A stretch of 50,734 bases of DNA, counting the filler, from Sphacelaria rigidula (lineage: Eukaryota): assembly GCA_964200075.2 (NCBI GenBank). It is 3 parts of 3 records of this genome, joined end to end, with 100 filler letters (N's around TTAATTAATTAA, not from the genome) between each part and the next. Parts side by side here need not be neighbours in the genome. Positions count along the whole stretch, not along the records: positions 1 to 16,846 come from CAXNAA020001237.1; positions 16,947 to 33,791 come from CAXNAA020001238.1; 1 more part is not named here. The stretch is one strand, 5' to 3'. Shown one piece after another: positions 12,910 through 24,271 of this stretch (position 1 is its first letter; each line of letters opens with the position of its first letter). A program made the translations under genes and the position numbers. Below the pieces are notes generated by a model that worked only from the letters and a program-made list of their open reading frames with translations, ran no database searches and was not told the origin of the DNA.

Positions 12910-15421
12910 TGAATACTCGTGCCTACTACGAGTAGCTTCAATGAGTCCTAATCCGTTGATGACGTCCAAGTTGCTCTCCTCAGCTCTTGCTCCTCACTCG
13001 ATCGTTGTCACACTAGCATACATTTTAGTTGATGATGTCTCTCTAATTTACCACGCTCTACGTTACGCCTGGAGTACTTGTCCGTAGTTTGAATATCTGC
13101 TAGGGATAGGTGTCGACGTTGAGGTTGTTGTCAAAGATGCTCAATGCTCCGCAGATTTGTTCTTGGTCCGTCATTCCTTGCTGCTGGAAACTGATAATCC
13201 CGCTGACTGAGATACTTCGGGTGGTTTAGAGTTGGAAAGTATTTGCGGTTGTATCTCTTCTATTTTACGCACAGGTATATCCGCATTACTGTTTATGTTT
13301 GAGCTCGGAAATGGTTTGTCTAACCATTAACCAGTTAAATGGTACATAATGATTTGGTCATCAAGCGGCGAAGCCGCGAGCCGAAAAGCCCCCCCCCCCG
13401 GCAGAGGGGGCCCTGCCGGAGGCGCTCCCGGAGGACCACGCTGGAGGCGCCGTGCCGGAGGCACGTTTTTACGCGATCTGCCTTCACTAGAGCTAAGAAT
13501 TACGTGTGCTTCACATTGAATACGTCGCCGGTAACGGTAAATTAAGGTTTGATACTTCCGGTACCACTGTAGTTGTTGCCGCTGATTTACTGTATTCATT
13601 TTCATGAATGATATAATTTTCACAAGTGTACTCCTGAGTATCCCGCTGCAATCAACATCCATTAGAACTTTCAAATCCCCCAAGCCCAGATGTGGGTCTT
13701 CTGTAAAAAATGTACTCATGCACTTTTCGAGTGCTTCGCAAGGCGAAAATAAATGCTTCCCCAAACTAGTTACTAATACAGCTGGTGAGCACACTCGTCG
13801 CTCACTATCATTGATATATATATATATATATATATATGTGAGTATCGTGAGTATTACTCCTCTACCTGTTCCTTACAGCAGGCGTCCTCCTGCTGTCAGT
13901 ATATTCATTGGGTGACCAAACTCTACAAAGTCAGATACATCCCGCTCAATTCTGCGTAGTAACTCAATGTCAAAGTAGTGGGTGGTTGCACCTGGATCAA
14001 TCACTACTGCAAACGAAGTCGATACGAGTCTTCTACTGTGATCTTGTGCGCTTGATGGCTCTGAGGATGTGCTTGTGTCCGTGGTGACTGTGTTTGTGTG
14101 CTGATGTGGATGCTCCCTATGCCTTCATTTGTATTCTGACTTTGCACTCTGTGTTATCATGGTTGGCTGCACTGTGTAACGAACACCATCTTTTCTGTCC
14201 ACCAGTATTATTGGACTGTTGTCTGAGCCTGCAGTCCGACATATAATGACCTATCTTACCACAAGTGAAAAACTTTACGTGGGGTCTTGTTTTCTTCCCA
14301 GAATATTCTACAGGCGATGCTGCGACCACAGCACTCTCTCTACCATGTGACTTTCACCCGAAACACCACGCGCTAATCGGTTCATGTCTATATTACGCAT
14401 GGTTGACTCGATCTATTTCACACTGGAATCTGTATCACTGTCCGCATTGTATTTTATCTGTACATAATCATCGGTCAATCCTTCAATGACCATGTCTGTG
14501 AGGCGTTCGTCAGAAACGATCTCTCCCATATGTACCAGTTCGTCTCGAAGTTGATAAACTGGAGTAAAAAATACTTCGGGATCTACACCTTCTATCATCG
14601 TCAAACTATCGAACTATCGCATCAAAATATGACGTCTCTGTTGTGACGAATTTTGGTGTTTTGCAACAAATCCATCCCAAGCCTTTCCGCCATCGGGTCT
14701 TGATGAACCCTTCGGTTCAAAACGTGAAATATAATTAGCTGCGGAACCGATTGTAGCCAGGTACAGGGTATGAAAAATCACTCAACTATCCCGATCGAAA
14801 GCAGCTGTTTCTTGTGCGCTACTCACTGTAATGTCCGTTGTTCCAACTGTAGGATCCTGACTTGATGAAACAGCTACTCCTGTTGTCGACGTCTCCTCTA
14901 AAGACTCCGCTGTTCCTGCTTCCGTCGATGTTGGAAGGGTTCTGGAACGCGTCGCTATAGGGCTCACCCTCGACGTACTTCTGGAACGTTTACTTACAGG
15001 GTTTATTCTCGACGTAGTCCAACACTGGGCTGTGAAATTCCTACATCCTGCTGTTGCCTAAGCTCATACATTTCTTCCGGGCGATTTCTACTGTTGAAAA
15101 TTTCCGAAATGCTCGCATGTGCCAGTGACACGACTGCCCGAACAGACCGTTTCCAATCAAGAAAGTGTGTCCCATTAACGTACTGAGACGTCGTATGGCT
15201 CGAGTAACGGGTGGCTCTCGAGTTGAATTCGCCCGCTGCAATCTGTGCTTCTTTATTTTCACATCTCAATTCTTCCTCGTCTTCGTGACGAGACTTCCAC
15301 TTCCACGCTCCTTCCTTGCTGCAGCTTGACGTCCTTGATGAGGTACCCTTGTCGCTGGTGCTAACGACGGTACTTTAGCATGTATCTTTGCTCAAACTCT
15401 ATTACCACGAGGCTCATAACC
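12910..15421 (-). mobile_element. Degenerate Ty1/copia retrotransposon internal region (gag, zinc knuckle, protease; integrase and RT not seen)
   Basis: Gag-like HFLDWKRSVRAVV and DPEVFFTPVYQLRDELVHMGEIVSDERLTDMVIEGLTDDY; degenerate knuckle FFTCGKIGHYMSDC; protease-like SFAVVIDPGATTHYF (13972-14016). Stops and frameshifts present. PBS GGTTATGAGCC at 15411-15421. Confidence 0.85.
13331..13536. mobile_element. Short GC-rich insertion in the copia remnant, possibly a piggyBac-like MITE
   Basis: Abrupt compositional change after TTAA (13327-13330); imperfect ends ccagtta...taacgg followed by taaa/ttaa. Confidence 0.4.
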
Positions 15422-15423
15422 CC

Positions 15424-16019
15424 TTGGAAAATAAATAGTGTGGCTGCCTCTGCGCGAGATTTGAAGAGATGAACGTTCAACTGTTTTACAGACGGGAGTT
15501 CGCTCCACCTTTGCCAAGTGACAAGGGAACGAGGTTCCACTATATCGCGAACAGTATAAACTCCGCAAAAGGTGCACAGTAAGTGTGAAGTTACTATCGA
15601 TATGCGAAAAAAGAACGAAAGTCGATGCTTCTCACAGGCGCATTATTTGGCCAACACGGAATAGCAACACCTAGTCTCTTCTCAACACAGAGAATTGATA
15701 ACAAGCCGATAAGCCTGTTGAGTTGGGTAACTTTGGAGAGCGAAATAATAGGGGTTGCCTCGAAACTATCTCTCAAAAAAACTCCTTGGGTACTATGAAA
15801 CCTTACATCCAAACCCTTGATACCTTAGACTCTTCATACCAAGCTCTTCATCGTTTGACATTGTCCTGACTCTTTGTATACGACCCTTACATTACTTGAG
15901 TTATTGCTCTCGACCTATTCATTATCCTACCTTGTTGTTCTACATCTTCGGTTGCTACAATCTTGCTACTTCGTTACTTCTCAGCTTAACCGTACCTAGT
16001 TGTTCCTCTACACTTGACA
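15424..16019 (-). repeat. Probable 5' LTR of the copia element
   Basis: Immediately upstream of the PBS on the minus strand and starts TGTCAAG at 16019. The terminal CA is degenerate and no partner LTR is visible. Confidence 0.55.
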
Positions 16020-16727
16020 GAGGATTCTGAAATTAGGTTGAACCCTTAAATGGGGGCCAAGTGGCCTTCCAAAAAGTTTCATGTCGCATGGACAGATTTG
16101 CAAAAACAGCCAGCTGAAGATTTTATTTGTCTGTTGAAACTTCCCCTAGCATGGCTTGTCACGCATTGTTACTTCGGTGTCTTCAACTCCTTCAGTACAT
16201 TCGAAACAGTCTCTTACCAGGCGAGGGAAGGCGTCGTTCATTGGATTCTCTAATCTTGAAAGAAAATGGTGCCGGAGTTTTTTTCGAGTGCTAGCAAGAT
16301 TTGCAAGGGCAAAGAAGTTTCGACTCATGGAATTTCCTCATTTTTACATCTATGAAACGTTTCCATCAACCGGGATTCTTTTCCGAAACGCCAACGGCGG
16401 CACTTCACTTCTCATGAAACTAATTCATCTCCTATCATTTCGAGAGACATTGAGAAACTGCGTGACAACTTTTGATGAAACCCGAACGAAGCCAACGAAT
16501 GCATCCTCCTCTCGCCTGGTGAGAGCCGTTTCGAAGGCGCAGAGGAGGATCCTAATGGCTTTAGACACCGGAACAACAACGCGCGTCAAGGCCAGCTAGG
16601 GAAAGGTTTAAAGAGCATACAAAATCCTCAGTTGGTTGTTATTGCAAAACTGTTTCACGTAGTATGTGACTTTTTGGAAGGCCGCTTGAAGCCCATTTTA
16701 GTGTTCAACCTCTTTTTCAGGATGCTC
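16020..16727. mobile_element. Foldback/MITE with long imperfect inverted arms
   Basis: gaggattctgaaa...ggttgaaccc...ggccttccaaaaagt pairs with actttttggaaggcc...gttcaacc...ttcaggatgctc. Pairing continues inward (cccctagc/gctaggg, ttcgaaac/gtttcgaa, ccaggcgag/ctcgcctgg). Confidence 0.8.
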
Positions 16728-16846
16728 TATTACCCACGTGGGTATCCAGAACTGTTATTTCTCCTATTTCCCAAAATACCGAAACCATGGCCCATGGAAG
16801 GGGGGGGGGGGGGGGGGATACTTTTTTATTGTTTCCGTTGTTTTGT

Positions 16847-16946
16847 NNNNNNNNNNNNNNNNNNNNNNNNNNNNNNNNNNNNNNNNNNNNTTAATTAATT
16901 AANNNNNNNNNNNNNNNNNNNNNNNNNNNNNNNNNNNNNNNNNNNN
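16847..16946. other. Assembly or concatenation linker
   Basis: N-run + ttaattaattaa + N-run; the same design recurs at 33792-33891. Confidence 0.97.
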
Positions 16947-17651
16947 CCCCAGCACATTGGAATAGTAATCCTGACGTACTCTGGCATATTTTCATAAGTC
17001 GTGTTTTGGATGAGATGAAGGGCTCCTAACAATTCTAACCTCAGAAAATATTTGTGTACCCCTACCGTAGCGTCACTCGTCGGCTGCAATAGATGTGCAA
17101 GTGGTCTATCGATCGACAGGCGTTGTGAGCAGGAACGCTTCTGGGATTAACGACGAGGGCCTCTCCATTGGCTAAGCAACAGCGTGATGTACTCCCTATC
17201 GATGAAGAGAGTGACAGCCTGAGTAGAGTGTGAAAGGTGTCCATCGAGAGCCGTTTGCCTGCGATAATGAGCCGTCCCTCTCCGGAGGGATTCCATCGAT
17301 ATCCAATGTTTCCTACCAGTAACACGACACGTCTTTCGCAGGCAGGAGTATCACTCGTTAGGAAAAGTCGGCATGTCTTCTCTCTCTTGACAATTGAAAG
17401 ACCTAGACTGGGTTTTATTCCCACACAGGTGGTGGGAACGCACTCCATGTAGTGCACGCGGCGGTCCCTAAACTCGGGTTGCGCTTACTGTTGTGAGTCG
17501 CTCTCTACTACTACAACCTGTGTCTTTAAAATACTAACCTGATGTCTTACTCCCACCTGATGCCACTACTATTCCTCTATCTGCCCTACTCTATTTTGTC
17601 ATTTATTATGTAGCACTGGTTTCCCATTTCGAACGGTGTTGGAGGGATCGC

Positions 17652-18040
17652 TTAGTGCTCGCGAGTGTCGAGGGCAAGCTCTCCAAAAGCTAATCTATCA
17701 CTGTCCCTTCCCTCTTCGGCCCACGACGACAAGTCCTCCTTGTCGCCATCAGCGTTGTTTTCTACCTCGAGGGACAAACCCAACATCTCAACTTTCTCCA
17801 GTATTTTCCTGTCTGTGAAGCGACGCAGGATGGCCTTTGCCGCGTCTACTTCCGTCAACCGGGAAATGTCTTCCGGAATGTTGTCGAGCTGGCCTGCCAG
17901 GTATGAGGCCATCTCGAGGTTGACGGGGTCAACGCCACCCCGTTCGCGAGGTTGGAACGCATACGTCACGCTCCATTACACCCGCAGAGGAGGTGGCACC
18001 AAACATCGCCTGCGCCAGGCATCGAAGGATGAGCGAATTG
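17652..18040 (-). pseudogene. Decayed hAT transposase C-terminus (dimerisation domain)
   Basis: Minus strand reads LRCLAQAMFGATSSAGVMERD, then after a frameshift PRERGGVDPVNLEMASYLAGQLDNIPEDI. This fits the hAT dimerisation pattern LA..L...PASS...ER.FS...R..L.P..EM..FL. Confidence 0.7.
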
Positions 18041-18719
18041 AATTATCCTGTCCTCGAGTTCACCAGTAGTTAGCACCACTTCGCGTCTACCTCCTTCTCA
18101 CGCTGCAACACGAAGCGACGAAAAAAGCAATGGTTGATGTTGAACGCGGGGAGGTGGGTTAGGGTTCGCGAGCTACCCTTGCGACCGCGAAGTACATTCC
18201 TACTGCACTCTTGACGTGATCGAAGGCCGCACAGCGAGCATGCGGTAGTATCAAGTACTTCATACGTGCCGTCTCTCCACAAAATACGAAATATACCAAG
18301 AAGGTGTGTGTGTGTGTGTGTGGCGGAGTAGTGGTGGAGTTCGTGTTTGTCACAACGGTAAATGGGTATTTTGTGAGAGTACATCAAGTTTCGAAATACG
18401 AAGCAACGTTCCGAGAGGGATAGTTTCGTTCCCTACAAACAGCATTTGGGGCGTGTGTCGCTCTTGTCCACATACATGGAAAAGCCGTATGGTCTTCACT
18501 ATACCGTACCCCTCCCTCGCCGGTACTGATCGAACTAGCAAGAGACGATGTCCGCGGTCACGGGCTGACACACGACACTTGAGCCCTGAGGCAAAGACCC
18601 ACACACATGCCATCCTCTGCGTGAATAAAACACTGACAGCCGTCGTGCCTGGTGTCAAGTATTTTTATTTTCAAATGGGGAGGAGTTCACATACGGGGAG
18701 ATAAAATGTAGAACATATC

Positions 18720-19140
18720 CAGGGATATACACGTTACCCACGTGACACATTTGAGAAAAACGTGAAAAACGCAACTTTGAGCCATGTAACGCTACATAAG
18801 GTTTGATTTTGGACGGGGCAAATGTAACGTAACGTAATGTAACGTGTGGACCTTGGAGCAGTGTCTCTTGAGATTTTCGAGATGTGAAAGAAGGCTTTTT
18901 TTGTGGATTTTTTACGTGACACGCGACACGTTACAAATTCACGAAAATAAGCAGAGTTTCCGTCACACTTGGAAAGTAAAACGCTATGTAAGGGTTCATG
19001 CGAAGGACTACACGTTACATCACGTTACGTTACATTTGTACCATCGAAAAAATCAAAACTTACCTAGCGTTAATTGACCCAAAGTTACGTTTTTTCGAAT
19101 GTGTCACGTTAAAACGTCACGTGTAACGTGTGTACCCCTG
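18720..19140. mobile_element. hAT-family MITE (421 bp) with 8-bp target site duplication
   Basis: TIRs cagggatatacacgttac / gtaacgtgtgtacccctg; flanks aacatatc / aaaatatc (7/8); internal gttacg/cgtaac motifs. Confidence 0.88.
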
Positions 19141-19199
19141 AAAATATCAATACATCACGACACACGACAACACACCTTGGCATTTACCCACGTCGTGAT

Positions 19200-20030
19200 G
19201 AGGCAGTCGGCTTCTTGCTCAGGCGCTGATCTCACGGGCGCTCGCGGCTTCCGTCTGATGAATCGCTGCTTGAACCCATGAGGCCCTCCGCTGCGAACTC
19301 CTCCTGTGGCGGATCGGCAGCTGAGCCGTCTGCGGTTTGGCAATCGGGTAGGAAAGGAATGGTGAAGGATCAACGCAGGGTGGACTTCAACGACTCATTC
19401 TCCTCGCGACTCTTGTTCTCGACCCGCAGTGCTGGCTCAAGGTGGTACACCGCGGGCAATCGGGCAGGAGTAGGAAGGCGCGGGTCACCTGACTTACGAC
19501 CTCACACAACCTTGAAAATGTCGCAGTCGACGCCCACGAAGCCCTTGCGCAGAGCGTAGCAAGTCGGTTTGTGAGACCGCGTTGCGGCAAAGACTGGTCG
19601 ACCCGCAGTCACCTGTATGACGTAGTGATTTCTCCTCACTCCGCTAGGGCGAGGTCTAAGAATGTCGATGTACTTGGGCCTATCCCGAGCTGAGTGAGGA
19701 ACATTGCCATGTCGTACTGGTGACTGTGGGTCGAAGGGTTTTTGCCCGCAACGCGGCATCACAAACCGACTCGCTACGCCCTGTGCAAGGGCTTCGTGAG
19801 TGTCGACTGCCACCTTGTCGAGGCTGTGTGGGGTCAGAAGTGAGGCGGATCCACGTCTTTCTTCTCCTGCCCGATTGCCTGCACCTGTACCACCTTGGGA
19901 GAGCTCCGCGGCTCGAGAGCGGAAGTCGCGAGGAGACTGAGTCATCGAAGCCCACCCCGCGCCCTTAATGGTCTGGCTGTAGATGACGTCTTGCACCTCG
20001 TTGACGATGTTGTCCACCTCCTCCACCTGA
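19200..20030 (-). mobile_element. Probable transposase relic containing a ~590-bp palindrome (copy 1)
   Basis: 19374-~19660 is an imperfect reverse complement of ~19673-19960. Translation gives a YDMAMFLT motif resembling hAT AT.LDP. Same strand as, and upstream of, the hAT dimerisation relic. Confidence 0.6.
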
Positions 20031-21472
20031 AAACACAATAGTGATAGAGGGATGAACATATGAGCATCGAGCAACGCTCGAACAAGACGAAACTGATGTC
20101 GTGGCTGACCAAGACATGATGGGGAAGGATACGGCGTTGGCAACCGAGCATTGGTAAATCTTGATATAGTCAATGCTACCACCAATACGGTAATTTGGAC
20201 AGGAGGCTGATCAAGCGTCGTTGCCGAAAGCGAGGCCGGTCGGTGCCAAGAAGGTTTTCGGTCGAGGAGAATTCATGCGGACTTCACGGCAACGTTCAAC
20301 CCTTGTGACAAGCCAAGCACCCAGCTCATCTTTGTGGCCGCCCAAGCGTTACATAGTTACTCTAACAGCTGCGCTGTTCCACTACACAGGGACAGACACA
20401 AAATGGTGACAACTGTGTTTTGTTTAAAGTACAAGGCAGTCAATTTTTTGTTTCTCCTTGACGTACGGAAAAAAAAACTAACCCAACACTTACCCCGCAA
20501 GCGGGCTCGAGTGCCGATTATCCAGAGGCCCGGCTAGACTGCCTCGTGGCAGTCATGTGGAGCAGGCCTCGAGCGTTCGCAAGCTTTGCTCAAGGCAGTG
20601 CGTGGGTTGCGCCCACTACAATCCCCCATCAACCTGGTGCAGTGTACGCACGCGTCGCCATGCTCTATATGAGCTTCGGCCCTAGTACAAGGCAGTCATG
20701 TGAATATCTTTGTGGCCCATAAAGTCATGCAGGCAGACTGAACAGAAATCCGCTGCGAAATCAAATAAGAGCTCATTCAACCGTAGTTCGTCACGGGAAT
20801 AGTTCATTTGTAGGTTAGGATGAACGTCGATAGTCGAGAGTTTTTGTGTCCATTGTCGTCGGCAGCGATGGTTGTCGACAGTCGACTTCGTTGGTGTATC
20901 ATTGCCAGCCACGGTTTTCGACACTCCACTTTGTTGGTGTATGGTAGGTTGGGGATGCACATGGATTGATCAAGGATTTTGTAACCATTGTCGGCGGAAA
21001 TAGCTGTCAACCGTCGGCTTCGTTAAACTCTTGTTCCACCAAATATGTCCACGTATCGCCATTGCTTTTCGGAAATATATTGTTTTGGACGATGCCCGTT
21101 GATGGCCAACTCCGCCCCTCCGTTTGCTGCCACAATGATGTGTTGTGACCATTGCCCCATATCTTTTGTTGCCAAAAGTGTCTATCGAAAGACAGCCTGC
21201 GAGTGAATTCGAGTGTGGCTGGCAATGGCTGTTGTCAACCGCTCCTTTGGGGGCAGGGGTAGTGTTCTGTTACTTATACTATAATTGTCCAGGTTATGAG
21301 CATAATTAAAATATATTCGTACCCAGAGCAAGCGCCCTTTCAGCTTGCTATGACAGCAAGCAAGCTATGCTCGCATTTCTGCACTTTCTAGAAATGAAAA
21401 CTGACCCAAGATCCAGATCGGCATCACAAGCCAACGTGTCGTGCTGACCGCCTTGTTGTTGGGACCGCTCAC

Positions 21473-21608
21473 GTCGAAGCTCTTGCGCATGAGGGAGAAG
21501 ACGAGCGGCGGATAGGCTTGCGCTATGTGAGGCTGAGAGGAGAAGCCGCTTCGGTAGTAAACATCTCTGACGTACTCCATCCAGCGCCAAGTATCGTTGC
21601 GGGCTCGT
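21473..21608 (-). CDS. Isolated probable internal exon, unknown protein
   Basis: ttgcag acceptor, gtgagc donor, open frame RARNDTWRWMEYVRDVYYRSGFSSQPHIAQAYPPLVFSLMRKSFD with GC3-rich codons. Partner exons not established. Confidence 0.55.
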
Positions 21609-21919
21609 CTGCAACAGGTTCCTGTATTCCTGACAGCTTTGTGTTCATTCTCGATTTCGATAGCCCTGCACATCACACGGGGAGAATAAAACCAAAGCGT
21701 GGCGTGTTTATGGGGGGAAACGGAGCATGTGTGTGTTTATGATGGCGCCCATCGAACAGCAAACAAAGCAGCCAATCCGGCAAGAAGACAGAGTACTAGT
21801 GACAAGAGGCAAATGCGTCAACAAAGTGCATCCTTTATTTGCGAAGAGAAGCACCTTACGAGCGGCAAACAGAGCCCCTCATCCGGCAACCACAATGGAG
21901 TGCAGAGACGAAGGATGTA

Positions 21920-22590
21920 CGTCACCGTCAACGAGTTGAACAACGGCATCTACTGCCAGACCACTTGGAGAATGACGTGCGCAGGGTGGATTTCGATGAC
22001 TCGGTCTCCTCGCGACTTCTGTCCTCGAGCCGCGGAGCTCTCCCAAGGTGGTACAGGTGCAGGCGGTCGGGCAGGAGAAGAAGGGCGTGGATCCGCCTTA
22101 CTTGCGACCCCATACAGCCTTGACAAGGTGGCAGTCGACACTCGCGAAGCCCTTGCACAGGGCGCAGCGAGCCGATTCGTGATACCGCGTCAAGGCCAGG
22201 GCCTATTGATGCACAGTCACCGGTACATGATGACGTGCTTAGACCTCGCCCGAGCGGAGTGAGGAACGTAGCCATGTCGTACCGGTGGCGGTGGGTCGAT
22301 GGGCCTTTGCCGTGAGACCGTATCACAAACCAGCTCGCTACGCCCTGTGCAAAGGCTCTGACAGTGTTGACTGCAACCTTTGAGGCTGTGTGGGGCCGGA
22401 AGTGACGCGGGTCCACGTGTTTCTTCTCCTGCTCGATTGCCCGACCGCCGATGGCGTCGCCGACGGTGCCGCTGCCGATCCACGGCGAGAGGAGTTTGCA
22501 GAGGGGGGCGCCATGTACCACAGCAGCGATGGAGAAATGGAAGCCGTGAGCGTCCCGGAGACTACCCCTGAGCAGGAAAAAATCGCAGGT
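21920..22590 (+). mobile_element. Second copy of the palindromic transposase relic, opposite orientation
   Basis: Shares VNE...IY.QT before the palindrome, the long stretch ctcgagccgcggagctctcccaaggtggtacaggtgcaggc, and the ADG.AADP..EEFA...PEQE peptide after it with 19200-20030. Confidence 0.7.
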
Positions 22591-23746
22591 CTACAGTAGC
22601 AGTGGAGATTCATCCTTTTTATTTTCCTATTTTTGAAGCGAAGCACCATATCTCATGTTAGGTCATACTCACTTTCACTCAGCCAGCTGTGTCCGCGATC
22701 TCTCTTGATGTTGTGTCTCCCTTCCCAACTATGTGGCGGCGCTGGAGATCCGCTCGCTGGTGATTTTGATCACCCTGGCGCCGTTTCGACAAATCCCGTC
22801 GACCATGCGCACAAAAACAGCTGGGACCTCCCTTTAGATTATCTATTTTCGTCATCACCCCACTTGTCCTCTGGTACGGTGTCCAGCGTCGCACCCTAGT
22901 GGTGGATGACGCTGGGACCGCGGACCCCAGGTGGTGCGAGGAGGAATTCTTGAATGGGAACGTACTTGTTGATGACCGTTTGGACCACATCTGGTACGTT
23001 AAATGATAGTTGACCGTGGCTTTGGTGGGAGGCGCTATGCTCCTCCTGCTGTTGTCGCCGCTGCCTCTGCTGCTCGTCCGAGCATTGGAAATCGGTGCGA
23101 GATCAGGCGGAGGTGCTGCGTTTTGATGCACCGTCAAATGGTGTCTGCTCACCACTGCCACGAAAGCGGCATATGTTTGGAAGCCGGAATGGCGATTTAT
23201 GTTGTGTGAAGATAAGCGTGCAGCGTGCTCTCAGGTGTCAGTCCTGTCACGGATCATGGCAGATGACGAAGGACGTTTTTTTGTCGTACTACAGTGACGC
23301 TGCGCGTATATGTAGATATTGGACGTTTCCTTTTGTTGTGCCGCAATGGCGCTGTGCAGATCTCTAGATCTCGGGACATTTTTGTTATTGTTGTGCACCT
23401 GGCGGCACCCCATAAAACACGGGAAAATGATTCATCGGCGACACACACTTCAGGTCCGCATTCACGTTTTTTTTCAAACGAATTGTCTGACATTTCGGAC
23501 AGTTTCTTCTGTGTCCGAAAAGTGAGAAAGCGTGCTTCTTTCCGAGCTCATGGCGCTCGAGTTTTTAGTTTATGCTTTTTTGGAATATTGCAACCCTAGT
23601 CGGGTAGCACAACGACCCTGGACATTCCCTAGACAGCAAAACCGTCCGAATAGCATAGCAGATGAAAGCAACAGAGCCCAGAGTACTGGCAAACCCGCGA
23701 ATCGGTTCAATTGCCGGTATATGCCACCGAGGAGGTGACGGTGAAC

Positions 23747-23802
23747 TCTCTGTCTCTCTCTCTGTCTCTCACACACACATACACACACGCACACACACAC
23801 AC
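23747..23802. repeat. Compound (CT)n-(CA)n microsatellite
   Basis: Seen directly. Confidence 0.9.
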
Positions 23803-24244
23803 GTGTACAGCGGAAGTACAAATCGTCCCCCTGACCATAAACACATGGCATAAACACATGAACACAATGGTCAAACGACTAGGGCAAGCAACAAATGAGT
23901 ACGCCCCCCCTTGACTATAAACCAGAAAACAGGCTCAGCTGGAATTTCTTCTTCTATGCGAGCGGGCTTGATGTCTCTGGCCAGGATGGCCAGGACAGAG
24001 AGAGGAAGGAAGGGGTCAACTTTCTCAAGCCCAAGGCAGTGCCCAGCCTGCATGGAGACCTTGTTTTTTTCAAAATATCAACCTCTTTTTTTTTTTACCC
24101 ACTACCACCGCTGCTGTTTGATAGTACCTGTCAACATGGCAGAGCTTGGTTTTAGACAATCAAAACGCTTCTAGAGACTTGCGGCTACGAAGTTGCTAAC
24201 TACTGCTGCGGCTGTCGATATGCTGCCGCTGTGCGTGTCCGTGT

Positions 24245-24271
24245 TGTGTGTGTGTGTGTGTGTGTGTGTGT
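24245..24271. repeat. (TG)n microsatellite
   Basis: Seen directly. Confidence 0.9.

Noticed and set aside
19502..20185. 227-aa ORF (and the 187/197-aa ORFs at 21.7-22.5 kb) as intact genes
   Set aside because: They read through the palindrome centre into antisense sequence, and frames differ between copies.
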